The notes below the pieces were generated by a model that did not search any database, was not told where the DNA came from, and saw only the letters and a program-made list of their open reading frames with translations. DNA of 43,247 nucleotides from a virus. Lineage: Duplodnaviria; Caudoviricetes. Position numbers and translations under genes: made by a program. The stretch's first letter is position 1, and each line of letters starts with the position of its first letter. The DNA is taken from IMG/VR virus record IMGVR_UViG_3300038393_002169, positions 1 through 43,247 of that record. One strand, 5' to 3'. Below are positions 15,423-24,666 of the stretch, one piece after another.

Positions 15423-18100
15423 CTGAACAGGCGCAGGTGACACAGGTTCCGTCGGCTGGGCCGGAAACCGACTGGGTCGGGCTGGCGCGCGACGCCTATC
15501 AGGCGTCGTCGTCGTACTTCGACGCCAACGTGCGCCACCAGATCGAGGCCGACCTGCGCCAGGCGCAGGGCCAGCACCCGACCGGCTCCAAGTATCTGGC
15601 CGACAAGACCCGCTCGCGCCTGTTCCGGCCGAAGACGCGCGCCACGATCCGCAAGAACGAGGCGGCGTGCGCCGAAGCGTTCTTCACCACCAACGACGTG
15701 GTCGCGATCAAGGCCGAGAACGACAACGATCCGGTGCAGCAGGCCAGCGCCGCCGTGATGCGCGAGCTGCTGCAGTACCGCCTGACCAAGACGATCCCGT
15801 GGTATCTGACCCTGGTCGGCGCCTATCAGGACGCGCAGACGGTCGGCATCGCCGCCTCGTACCAGTATTGGGAATATAACGCGGCCAAGGGCATCGACCG
15901 CCCGGCGGTGCGCCTGATCCCGGTCGAGAACCTGCGCTTCGATCCGGGCGCGGCTTGGACCGATCCGGTCGGCACGTCGCCGTACCTGATCGAGCTGATC
16001 CCGATGTATGTCGGCCAGGTCAAGGCCCGGATGCGGGCGGTGGACCCGAAGACCGGGGCGCCGAAGTGGAAAACCTTGCCGGACGCGACGATCCTGACCG
16101 CCACCACCACCTACGGCGACACGATCCGGATGCAGCGCGAGGGCCAGCGCACCGATTCCAAGTACCAGCCGCAGGCCAACAGCAACTTTAACGTGGTGTG
16201 GGTCCACAAGATCATCATCGAGGTGGACGAAGTTGACTACGTGTACTACACGCTCGGCTGCGAACACCTCTTGAGCGACCCGTTGCCGCTGAAGGACGTC
16301 TATTTCCACGGCCGGCGCCCGTACGTGATCGGCACTTCGGTCATCGAGACCCACAAGACCTATCCGGCGTCGTTGCCGAACCTGACGCACGACGTGCAGG
16401 CCGAGATCAACGAGGTGGCCAACCAGCGTATCGACAACGTCAAGCTGGCCCTGAACAAGCGCTATTTCGCGCGCCGGGGCAAGCAGGTGGACCTGCGCTC
16501 GGTGACGCGCAACGTGCCGGGCTCGGTGACCCTGATGCAGGACACCGACGACGTCAAGGTCGTCGAGTTCAACGACGTGACCGGCTCCAGCTACAAGGAG
16601 CAGGAGGTCCTGAATCTGGACTTCGACGACCTGGCCGGCACGTTCTCGGGTAGCTCGGTACAGAGCAACCGCAAGCTGAACGAGACCGTGGGCGGGATGA
16701 ACCTGCTCAACACGAGCGCCAATCAGGTCGCGAACTACCAGCTGCGCACCTTCGTGGAAACGTGGGTCGAGCCGGTCCTGCGCCAACTGGTGTTGCTGGA
16801 GCAGCACTACGAGACCGACGAGGTACTGCTGGCCTTGTGCGGCCAGGCCGCGCAGATGCAGCGGTTCGGCTTCGATGCCGTGACCGACGAGATGCTGCTG
16901 GCCGAGACCAGCCTGAGCGTGAATGTCGGCATGGGCCAGACCAACCCGGCCGAGCAGGCCAAGCAGTTCATCAACGGCATGACGGCGCTGAAGGACCTGC
17001 TGGGCGATGGCGCGCTGGTCAAGATGGGCGTCGAGGTGGGCGAGGTCATCAAGGAGATTTTCGGCAAGCTCGGCTACAAGGACGGCAGCCGCTTCTTCTC
17101 GCAGGAGGCGAAGGACGACCCGGCCCGCCAGCAGATGCAGGCCAGCATCGACCAGTTGCAGCAGGCGCTGCAGGCGAAGATGCCGCCGGAGCTGCTGGAG
17201 GCGACCGTGCGCAAGCTGCTGGCCGAGGCCGACCGCGTGGCGGCCGAGACCAAGTCGGTGCAGGCCGAAGCCGTCAAGCGCGGCGTGGAAGCCTCGTTCA
17301 GCGCGATGCAGGGCGCCGAGGTGATCGCCGCCGTGCCGGGCGTGGCGCCGATCGCCGACGAGCTGATGCGCTCGGCCGGTTACACCGCGCCGACCCCTGC
17401 CGGGGTCGATCCGAATTACCCGCAGCCGGGGGCGCCGGCGGCGGGCCTGGGCATCGAGGCGGTCAAGAACCGCCGCAGCGGGATTGCCTTCATGCCGGGC
17501 GACGCCAGCACCACGGTCTATCCGCCCGAGCCGCCGCAGCCGGCCACGCCAGGCATCGGGGTGCGCCATGGAATCCAGACCCAGCGCCCGGACAGCATCG
17601 CGCAGGCCGCGTTTGCCGATGGCGGCCTGATCGACGACGGCGACGACGACGGCTACGACGACGTGGCCGTCCCCGTCGTCGTCAACAATCAGAACAGCGG
17701 CAGCGGCCAGTACAGCCCGTACGACATCAGCCGCAACCAAGTACCTGACTTGATGCAGGGCGGGCTGGTCCGGATGGCCGACGGCGGCATGATCCGCGGC
17801 GCCGGCACCGGCACCAGCGACTCGATCGCCGCCGCCGCCGCTGGCCAGCCGCTGGCGGTCTCGAACGGCGAATACCGGATTCCGGCGGCGGTGGTGCAGG
17901 CGCTGGGGCAAGACTTCTTCGCGCATCTGGTGGCGCAGTACCACACGCCGGTCGGCAGCGGCAGCGCCGCCGCGCCACAACCCGGCCAGGCGCCGCTCGA
18001 CCTCGACCAAGGCGACTTCATCGTGCCGGCCGACGTGGTGCAGGCGCTGGGGGCGGATTTCTTTGACAAGCTGGTGGAAATGTACGGAGGCATGAATTGA
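15419..18100 (+). CDS. portal protein (P22/podovirus-like) with C-terminal extension
   Basis: 893 aa; RSRLFRPKTR, NLRFDP, QAEINEVANQRIDNVKLALN, NETVGGMNLL, FVETWVEPVLRQLV. Confidence 0.85.
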   Translation: MTEQAQVTQVPSAGPETDWVGLARDAYQASSSYFDANVRHQIEADLRQAQGQHPTGSKYLADKTRSRLFRPKTRATIRKNEAACAEAFFTTNDVVAIKAENDNDPVQQASAAVMRELLQYRLTKTIPWYLTLVGAYQDAQTVGIAASYQYWEYNAAKGIDRPAVRLIPVENLRFDPGAAWTDPVGTSPYLIELIPMYVGQVKARMRAVDPKTGAPKWKTLPDATILTATTTYGDTIRMQREGQRTDSKYQPQANSNFNVVWVHKIIIEVDEVDYVYYTLGCEHLLSDPLPLKDVYFHGRRPYVIGTSVIETHKTYPASLPNLTHDVQAEINEVANQRIDNVKLALNKRYFARRGKQVDLRSVTRNVPGSVTLMQDTDDVKVVEFNDVTGSSYKEQEVLNLDFDDLAGTFSGSSVQSNRKLNETVGGMNLLNTSANQVANYQLRTFVETWVEPVLRQLVLLEQHYETDEVLLALCGQAAQMQRFGFDAVTDEMLLAETSLSVNVGMGQTNPAEQAKQFINGMTALKDLLGDGALVKMGVEVGEVIKEIFGKLGYKDGSRFFSQEAKDDPARQQMQASIDQLQQALQAKMPPELLEATVRKLLAEADRVAAETKSVQAEAVKRGVEASFSAMQGAEVIAAVPGVAPIADELMRSAGYTAPTPAGVDPNYPQPGAPAAGLGIEAVKNRRSGIAFMPGDASTTVYPPEPPQPATPGIGVRHGIQTQRPDSIAQAAFADGGLIDDGDDDGYDDVAVPVVVNNQNSGSGQYSPYDISRNQVPDLMQGGLVRMADGGMIRGAGTGTSDSIAAAAAGQPLAVSNGEYRIPAAVVQALGQDFFAHLVAQYHTPVGSGSAAAPQPGQAPLDLDQGDFIVPADVVQALGADFFDKLVEMYGGMN

Positions 18101-18420
18101 ATAACGAGCGGCAGCAGGGAATGAAGATCGTCGCCGACAACGCCGGTTTGGAGTGGCAGCGGCAAGCCCTTCAGGCGCTGCACGATTACGCGGTTGACAA
18201 CAGCGGGTTCCTGATCCAAGCGGTGCGCGCCTTTGCCGAGCAGCGCGGTGTCCAGGCCCCGCACGACGCGGGTGCGTGGGGCGCCGTCACCAGACAGGCG
18301 GCGCGGCGCGGGTTTATCGCCTGTGAAGGCTACTCCGTCAAGGGCTCCAGTAATGCCAGCCCGAAGCCAGTTTGGAAAAGCCTGATCCGCAAGGCCCCGC
18401 CATCGGAAGGGCTGGCATGA
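18097..18420 (+). CDS. phage hypothetical protein
   Basis: AWGAV...AARRGFI...PVWKSL pattern. Confidence 0.7.
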   Translation: MNNERQQGMKIVADNAGLEWQRQALQALHDYAVDNSGFLIQAVRAFAEQRGVQAPHDAGAWGAVTRQAARRGFIACEGYSVKGSSNASPKPVWKSLIRKAPPSEGLA

Positions 18421-18704
18421 AAAACCGCTATGTGCTGATGCTGGAAACGCTGGCGCAGGGCACGATCCTGGCCGAGCGCGACGGCGAAAACCGGCCGGTG
18501 CTGTACCTGACCGAGTACGAGGCCGAGGCCGAGGTGGCGCGCAGCATGATCGAGCAGTACCGCCAGGTGGTCGACGGCGAGCGCGAGCTGGCCGACGTCG
18601 GCGCTCCGGAGGCGGTCGAGCAGGTGCGGCTGGAGGACAACGGCGACATCGTCAACGCGGCGGGCGCCGTGATCGCCAACGCGCACCGCACGCTGCCCTA
18701 CTGA
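18417..18704 (+). CDS. hypothetical protein
   Basis: ATGA coupling. Confidence 0.65.
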   Translation: MKNRYVLMLETLAQGTILAERDGENRPVLYLTEYEAEAEVARSMIEQYRQVVDGERELADVGAPEAVEQVRLEDNGDIVNAAGAVIANAHRTLPY

Positions 18705-18715
18705 AAAGGTTGCCC

Positions 18716-19021
18716 ATGCGATTCGAGATCGACTATTCCAACTTCACCCAGGACGAGCAGGAGCGCTTGCGCACTGCCGCGTTCGGGGTCGAGGTCGAGC
18801 AGTTCCAATACTCCCTGATCGGGAAATACCTGATCGCGCGGGCCGAGGCCGAGCGCGGCGCGGCGCTGGAGGCGCTGGCCGAGGTGATGCCGACCGATGC
18901 CGAGCGCATCCGCCGCTTGCAGGGGGTCATCCAGCGCTGCGACTCGTTCGGGCACTGGCTGGCCGAGGCGATGGTGGCCGGCGAGAACGCCGAGCTGGAG
19001 CTGCGGGAGATGGGCGCATGA
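18716..19021 (+). CDS. small helical head-module protein
   Basis: F.YSLIGKYLIARA...ALEALAEV.PTD...IRRLQ; type usually seen between portal and scaffold (recalled). Confidence 0.7.
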   Translation: MRFEIDYSNFTQDEQERLRTAAFGVEVEQFQYSLIGKYLIARAEAERGAALEALAEVMPTDAERIRRLQGVIQRCDSFGHWLAEAMVAGENAELELREMGA

Positions 19022-19293
19022 CGCTCGACGAGCTGGAACAGCAGCTGGACGGCAGCGAGGCGCTGTTTCTGGAGCCGCGCGCGGTGTTCGACCGCGCCAT
19101 TGTCGGCCTTGCCGAGCGCGTCGACGGTCTGTGCGTGGTCGCCTACGACAGCGAGCGCGTGCTGCAGGCCCTGATGGACGAGCACGGCTGGGACGAGGAC
19201 GAGGCGCGCGAGTGGTACGACTTCAACACCGCCGGCGCCTATGCCGGCCCCGGCACGCCGGTCTTCATTCAGCTGCGCAACGACGCGGCATAG
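19018..19293 (+). CDS. conserved phage hypothetical protein
   Basis: FDRAIVG...VVAYD...EAREWYDFNTAGAY.G..TPVF. Confidence 0.8.
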   Translation: MTLDELEQQLDGSEALFLEPRAVFDRAIVGLAERVDGLCVVAYDSERVLQALMDEHGWDEDEAREWYDFNTAGAYAGPGTPVFIQLRNDAA

Positions 19294-19302
19294 GAGCGCG
19301 CG

Positions 19303-19665
19303 ATGGCCGTTTCCAAGCTCAAACTAGAGATTAACCAGGGCGCGACCTTCCGGCGCCGCCTGACCTGGCTGACCGGCAGCCCGGCGACGCCGGTCGATCT
19401 GACCGGGTGGACGGCACGCATGCAAATCCGCTCGACCGTGGAGTCGGCCGCCGTGCTACACGAGCTGACCACGGAGAACGGCGGGATCACGCTGGGGGGG
19501 ATCGCCGGCACCATCGACCTGTATATCTCGGCCACCGCCACCGCCGCGTTCGCGTGGCCGTCGGCCGCCGTGTACGACCTCGAATTGGTTGCGCCGGGGG
19601 TCGGCGGCGACGTGTACCGGCTGGTCGGCGGCAGCGTTACCTTGTCACGCGAAGTGACCCGCTGA
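19303..19665 (+). CDS. virion structural protein (BppU-N/Ig-like)
   Basis: IxQGATF...PVDLTGWTARMQIR...VYDLEL...RLVGG.V.LSREVT. Confidence 0.75.
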   Translation: MAVSKLKLEINQGATFRRRLTWLTGSPATPVDLTGWTARMQIRSTVESAAVLHELTTENGGITLGGIAGTIDLYISATATAAFAWPSAAVYDLELVAPGVGGDVYRLVGGSVTLSREVTR

Positions 19666-19669
19666 GCCA

Positions 19670-21376
19670 ATGGCCGACGACGCGCTGATCGTCCGCGAGC
19701 TGGTCGCGGCGGTGGTCGAGGTCAGCAGCCCGCCGGAAACCGTGGTCGTCGACGACGACGCCAGCACCATCGTTTCCGGCGACGACAGCGTCACGCTGGT
19801 GACGGTGGACGACACCGACACCCTGCTGGTCGAGCCGGAACTGGTGCCCGCGCTGTCGATCCTGACCGCCGGCGAACAGGGGCCGCCCGGCGGTGGCGGC
19901 GGGGGCGGGGTCTTCATTTTGGACGTCCAGGGCGTTGGCGGGATCGTCGGCAACAAGGTGTACACGCCGGACACGGTGCCCGCGACCGCCACGCTGCTGT
20001 CGTGCCTGACCGACAAGCCGGACGTGCGCGTAATCGTCGGCGCCGACGGGCCCGGCGACCATTATTCGCCGACCGTGACCCTGAACGGGCTGGCGGTGAC
20101 GCTGGCCGAATCGTCCACCAGGCGCTGGTTCACCGGCAGCGCCGCGCTGACCGTGGGCGCCGGGATCACGACGGTGACCGCGACCAGCGGCGCGGCGCAC
20201 GCCAGCGCCTACATCGAGCTGGCCGGGGCCGGTCCGGACGTGCTAGACATTGCGTTCGGGGCGTTCCCCGGCACGCAGACCGCGCTCAAGGCCGGCGACC
20301 TGCTGCCGGTTACGGTGCATACCGCGCCAGAGGCGGTGTCGGTCACGCTGAGCGGCCCGGCCGCCACCCTGACCTTGCCGGTGGTGGCCGGCGCGGCGAG
20401 CGGCATGCTGGTCATCGGCGCCGGGACTGGGCTGCTGAGCTTTGCGGCAAGCGCCAGGAACGCGTTCGGCACCGATGGCGACCCGCTGCAATCGGCGCCG
20501 GTGCTGCTGGACCAGGTGTACCCGGCCTTCGGCCCGTTCACCGTCACCTACCCGAGCGGGCACGGGGCCTTGAATACCGGCGAATCGGCGCAGGTCAACT
20601 GCATCGTCAGCAACGCCGACAGCGTGACCTACAGCGGGGCCGGGCTGGTGATCGACGCGCCGGCAGTGTACGCGGCGACCAAGACGGCGGGACACACCCT
20701 GATCGGCTACGCGACCCCGGCCTACGTGATCGCGGCGCTGCGCGCGGCCAACGGCGCCACCGCCACCGCCAGCACCACGCTGCGGGTGGCGACCGTCGCG
20801 CCGACGGCGGCAATCACGATCGTGCCTGCCGGCAGGTTGGCCAGCTCGCCGGGCGGCACCGACTACACGGTGCGGATCACGCCCGACCAGCCGCTGGCGG
20901 CAGCACCGACGATGAATGCCAGTATCGGCACCTGGCAGGGCGGCGGCTGGGCCGCATCGAGCGGCGTCAGCTGGACCCGCGTGCTGCGCATCAGCGACGC
21001 CGATCCGCGCGGCACCGGCATCTTCAGTGCGCTGGCGATGCTCGGCCTGACCGCGATTCCAGGCTCGACGATCAGTGCCGGCAGCACCTATACGGTCGGC
21101 GGCTTCAGCCAGCGCGTGGTGGTGTTCCCGGCGTTCTCACGGGTCGCGCCGCTCGGGGTGCAGGTGGCGCAGGCCAGCAGCCTGAGCGCGCAGATCGTCG
21201 GCGGCAACACGCTGACCTTGAGAAGCGACAACGCGGTCGCCAGCGGCGGCTTCTATCCGGCCAGCGCGGACGGCAGCTACAACCCGACTGGCAGTTACAT
21301 CGGCCTGTCCGACAGCGCGCTGGCCGGCGCGAACACCAGCGGCACGCTGTCTGCCAGCGTGACGGAGGCGGCGTAA
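19670..21376 (+). CDS. putative virion structural/fibre protein with Ig-like beta domains
   Basis: 568 aa, Ala/Gly/Thr/Val rich, GEQGPPG linker. Confidence 0.65.
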   Translation: MADDALIVRELVAAVVEVSSPPETVVVDDDASTIVSGDDSVTLVTVDDTDTLLVEPELVPALSILTAGEQGPPGGGGGGGVFILDVQGVGGIVGNKVYTPDTVPATATLLSCLTDKPDVRVIVGADGPGDHYSPTVTLNGLAVTLAESSTRRWFTGSAALTVGAGITTVTATSGAAHASAYIELAGAGPDVLDIAFGAFPGTQTALKAGDLLPVTVHTAPEAVSVTLSGPAATLTLPVVAGAASGMLVIGAGTGLLSFAASARNAFGTDGDPLQSAPVLLDQVYPAFGPFTVTYPSGHGALNTGESAQVNCIVSNADSVTYSGAGLVIDAPAVYAATKTAGHTLIGYATPAYVIAALRAANGATATASTTLRVATVAPTAAITIVPAGRLASSPGGTDYTVRITPDQPLAAAPTMNASIGTWQGGGWAASSGVSWTRVLRISDADPRGTGIFSALAMLGLTAIPGSTISAGSTYTVGGFSQRVVVFPAFSRVAPLGVQVAQASSLSAQIVGGNTLTLRSDNAVASGGFYPASADGSYNPTGSYIGLSDSALAGANTSGTLSASVTEAA

Positions 21377-21892
21377 ATGGCGTTTAACGACTTTGTCGAA
21401 CTGGAGCTGCCCAAGCGCCCGTTCACGGCCGGCGACGGACTGCCCGGCCAGCTGCTGGCGCGCAGCGGCAACCCGCTGGCGCCGCGCGAACTGGTGTGGG
21501 CCTACGCCGCCGACCTGCTCGGCGCGGGCGGGGCCAACGCGGTGCCGAAGGTGGACCTGCCGTGCGTGGTCGCGACCAGCGGCCACCGGGCCATGTGCGG
21601 CACCGGCGACGGCCATGTGCGCTACGCCAGCAGCGCCGACGTGGCCGACGCCAACGCGGTGATCGGCATCTCGCTGCACGCAGCCGACGCCGGGGCGATG
21701 GTCTCGATCCAGTACGCCGGCACGCTGGTGGAGCCGACCTGGAACTGGCTCCCGCAGCTGCCGATCTTCTGCGGCGTCGCCGGCGTGCTGACCCAGACCC
21801 CTCCCGCCGCCGGGTTCTGCCTGATCCTCGGCGTGGCGACCGCGCCGACCGCGATTGCCGTGAGCATCAAGCAGCCAGTCATCATCATTTAG
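21377..21892 (+). CDS. putative decoration/cement-like virion protein
   Basis: VIGISLHAA...WNW...IFCG..G.LTQTPP...LGVA..PT.I.V pattern. Confidence 0.6.
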   Translation: MAFNDFVELELPKRPFTAGDGLPGQLLARSGNPLAPRELVWAYAADLLGAGGANAVPKVDLPCVVATSGHRAMCGTGDGHVRYASSADVADANAVIGISLHAADAGAMVSIQYAGTLVEPTWNWLPQLPIFCGVAGVLTQTPPAAGFCLILGVATAPTAIAVSIKQPVIII

Positions 21893-21903
21893 AGGGGAAC
21901 CGC

Positions 21904-22512
21904 ATGGGGATCGCTTCGACCACCAAGTTTATTAAGAATCTGCTGGGCAACCTGACCGAGGAAGCCGCCTTGACGACGACCGCGGGCGCGGCCGATGCGG
22001 GACGGATTCCGGCGCTCAACGCGGGCGGGGTACTCGACCCGACCCTGCTGAACGCGACGGTGTCCTCGGGCGGCGTCAGCGCGGCCGGGAAGTTGGCCCA
22101 GCTGGACGGCGCGGGCCGCCTCGACACGACCGTGCTGCCGGTCGGGATCGGCCCCGACACCGCCGCGATCACCGCCTCCGAGGCGCTCAACGCGGGCGAC
22201 CTGATCAACATTTGGGACAACGGCGGTGCCGCCGGCATCCGCAAGGCCGACGCCAGCGCGCTCGGCAAGGAGGCGCACGGGTTCGTGCTGGCCTCGGTCG
22301 CCAGCGGCGCGACCGGCACCGTGTATTTCGAGGGCACCAACAATCAGCTGAGCGGCCTGACGCCGGGCGTGCAGTTCCTGTCGGCCAGTACGCCCGGCCA
22401 CGTCAATACGGTCGCGCCGACCGGCGCGGGCAAGGTGGTGCAGCGGGTCGGCTTCGCCACCGACGCCAGCAGCATGAATTTCCAGGCCCACGTACCGATC
22501 GTGCTGGCCTGA
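21904..22512 (+). CDS. putative decoration/cement-like virion protein
   Basis: ASEALNAGDLINIW...RKADA...EAHGFVL...VYFEGTN...VVQRVGFA. Confidence 0.65.
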   Translation: MGIASTTKFIKNLLGNLTEEAALTTTAGAADAGRIPALNAGGVLDPTLLNATVSSGGVSAAGKLAQLDGAGRLDTTVLPVGIGPDTAAITASEALNAGDLINIWDNGGAAGIRKADASALGKEAHGFVLASVASGATGTVYFEGTNNQLSGLTPGVQFLSASTPGHVNTVAPTGAGKVVQRVGFATDASSMNFQAHVPIVLA

Positions 22513-22516
22513 CCCG

Positions 22517-22702
22517 ATGGCGACGACGAGACGCCCGCTGGTGCTGATCGCAGGGATGGTGCGGGAGCTGCCCGCCGGCGACCTGGTGGCCGGCGCCCCG
22601 GCGACCGATGGCTCCGGCATGGAGCCCGAACGCGAGCCGCTGATGTATGCGGACGGCACGCTGGTGGTGGTGAGCAACGGTGACCTCTTGATGGCGAGGT
22701 AA
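22517..22702 (+). CDS. small virion-associated protein
   Basis: RRPLVL..G.VRELPAGD motif. Confidence 0.6.
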   Translation: MATTRRPLVLIAGMVRELPAGDLVAGAPATDGSGMEPEREPLMYADGTLVVVSNGDLLMAR

Positions 22703-22705
22703 GGC

Positions 22706-23335
22706 ATGCTGCACAAGAATGTCGGACTGGGCGAAAACCACATCCTGCACAACTGGGAGGTGGCCAATGCCGCCGCGCTGGCGGCGCTGGTGGTCACTGC
22801 GAACGACTGCGGCAAGCTGGCGTGGCAGCGGGACACCAACGGGTTTTTCTTTCTGGCCTCGGCCGACCCGGTCGTGTGGCTACCCACGCTCGGGATTCAG
22901 GGGCCACAAGGGCCACAAGGGGCGACCGGCGCCACCGGCCCGGCAGGAGCCACCGGCGCCACCGGCCCGGCAGGCCCTGCCGGGCCGGCAGGACCGCAAG
23001 GCCCGCAAGGGCCCGCAGGCAGCACGGGCGGCGGCAGTAATAGCCTGCTGGGCGCGTTCCCAGGGCCGACCGAGCTGCAGGTCGGGACCATGCGTTATTA
23101 CCCGCGCACCACGATGGCGATCACGGCGCTGGTCGGATGGCTGAGCGCGCCGGCGATCAACCCCGTGGTGGCGGCCTTGCGTCAGAACGGGACGGCAGTG
23201 GCCACGCTGACCATCCCGGCGGGAGCGCTCAGCGCTTCGCAGGCCGTGACCATCAGCGTCACGCCGACCGATTACCTGACGATGGACATTCAGAGCGGGA
23301 CCGGCTTCGACTTGACAATCAGACTGGATTACTGA
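22706..23335 (+). CDS. collagen-like fibre protein
   Basis: About 15 consecutive G-X-Y triplets. Confidence 0.8.
   Translation: MLHKNVGLGENHILHNWEVANAAALAALVVTANDCGKLAWQRDTNGFFFLASADPVVWLPTLGIQGPQGPQGATGATGPAGATGATGPAGPAGPAGPQGPQGPAGSTGGGSNSLLGAFPGPTELQVGTMRYYPRTTMAITALVGWLSAPAINPVVAALRQNGTAVATLTIPAGALSASQAVTISVTPTDYLTMDIQSGTGFDLTIRLDY
22892..23026 (+). repeat. collagen G-X-Y coding repeat
   Basis: GIQ(GPQ)2(GAT)2GPA(GAT)2(GPA)3(GPQ)2GPAGST; DNA duplication ACCGGCGCCACCGGCCCGGCAGG. Confidence 0.9.
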
Positions 23336-23336
23336 C

Positions 23337-24236
23337 ATGCACGCAAAATACGTTTCCACGACCGGCGCGACGCTGGCTCAGATCCTTGCCGACTTCGCCG
23401 CCCTGCTGGGGGGGGCGAGCATCGCCGCGCTCAGCGCCTCCTGCGACAAGCCGAACAGCACACTGGTCAGCACGGTGGCGCCTGGGTGGACCCTGGTCGA
23501 CGCCGCCGCCGCCAACTCCGGGCAAGTGGTGTCGTCGTCCGACGCGAACGGGCTGACGACCAAGTACGTGCGCCTGTTCGCTCCCGGCGCGAACACGATC
23601 GACCTGGCCTGCTACGAATCGTGGAACGCCGGCACCCACATCGGCGTCAATGCCTCGGCTGCCAGCGGCAAGATCCTGTCGTTCAGCGCCGGCGCCGTCA
23701 ACACCTACTGGCTGTTCGCAACGCCACGGGGGGTGTATATCGCAGTGGCGGGGGCGACAAATTGCGGCCTGGGCGCGCTGGAGATCAGCCGCGATGCGGC
23801 CTACCTGGCGGGCAGCACCTACCCGTGCGTAGCCAGCGTGTCATACGACGCCCTCACGACAACGACTGCGACACCGGCGCTGTCGCGCACAAAGAGGACA
23901 GCGGCGACGGGCGACAGCACCGGATCGGCTGCTTCCACCGTGCTCGCCTCCTGCGTACTGACCGGCCGCACCTCCACCGCCGCCCCCGCTGTTCCAAGCG
24001 GCACAGTGCGGGATGGCAGCGAGGTCGCCTACTGGGAAGTGGCGCCGATCTGGATCGGCGTCACTGGCGATGTCGGCACCCTCCCGGCCCGGCCGATGAT
24101 TCTCGGGAAGTGCTATGACGTGCTCGAAATTGCCGCCGCCGCCGGGAACCAGTTCGACACGTTCTCCGATGGCGTCGACACCTACATGATTGTCTTCGTC
24201 GGCGCAATATCCGCGCTGGCATTCAAGGTGGCCTGA
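23337..24236 (+). CDS. putative virion structural/receptor-binding protein
   Basis: 299 aa beta-rich, in fibre cluster. Confidence 0.6.
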   Translation: MHAKYVSTTGATLAQILADFAALLGGASIAALSASCDKPNSTLVSTVAPGWTLVDAAAANSGQVVSSSDANGLTTKYVRLFAPGANTIDLACYESWNAGTHIGVNASAASGKILSFSAGAVNTYWLFATPRGVYIAVAGATNCGLGALEISRDAAYLAGSTYPCVASVSYDALTTTTATPALSRTKRTAATGDSTGSAASTVLASCVLTGRTSTAAPAVPSGTVRDGSEVAYWEVAPIWIGVTGDVGTLPARPMILGKCYDVLEIAAAAGNQFDTFSDGVDTYMIVFVGAISALAFKVA

Positions 24237-24237
24237 C

Positions 24238-24468
24238 ATGCCCGCCATCGCGAGCCCAGGCCGGCTGCTGTCAACAAACTCGGGCGTCCGCCAGCTGCGC
24301 GCGGGAAGCCGTCGCTACGGGAAGGCACTCGTGAACCCCGGCCGGGTACTGCCGACCGCCAGCGCGGCGCTGGTCCAGCTGCCGGATGCCACCCATGCGT
24401 ATGGCCGCCCGCTGCTCAATCGGGGCAAGGTTTTGTTCAAGACGACTAACCGTTTCTTCTGGAGGTGA
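24238..24468 (+). CDS. small protein with internal repeat
   Basis: PGR(L/V)L...QL...YG(K/R).L.N repeated. Confidence 0.55.
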   Translation: MPAIASPGRLLSTNSGVRQLRAGSRRYGKALVNPGRVLPTASAALVQLPDATHAYGRPLLNRGKVLFKTTNRFFWR

Positions 24469-24471
24469 CGC

Positions 24472-24666
24472 ATGACTTACACGTACGAGGAATTGCAACC
24501 CCAGCTGCCCGACGCCCAGCATATCTACGTCGGCTGCACGGTGGCCGATAGCGACAACATGATGCAGGATTTCTGGCGTGTTTCCGACGGTGGCGGCGCC
24601 TACGCGATCGGAACCGTGAACCCGGAGCCTGAATTGGCCGACAAGGAAATCTTCCCGACCCCGTGA
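24472..24666 (+). CDS. hypothetical protein
   Basis: GGAGG RBS, GTGA coupling to MTase. Confidence 0.6.
   Translation: MTYTYEELQPQLPDAQHIYVGCTVADSDNMMQDFWRVSDGGGAYAIGTVNPEPELADKEIFPTP

Noticed and set aside
15335-18010. Long antisense and alternate-frame ORFs (e.g. 891 aa minus; also 10854-12158, 24600-26129, 37555-39084, 41473-43074)
   Set aside because: Shadow ORFs of GC-rich genes; no motifs or RBS, and fully overlap well-supported genes
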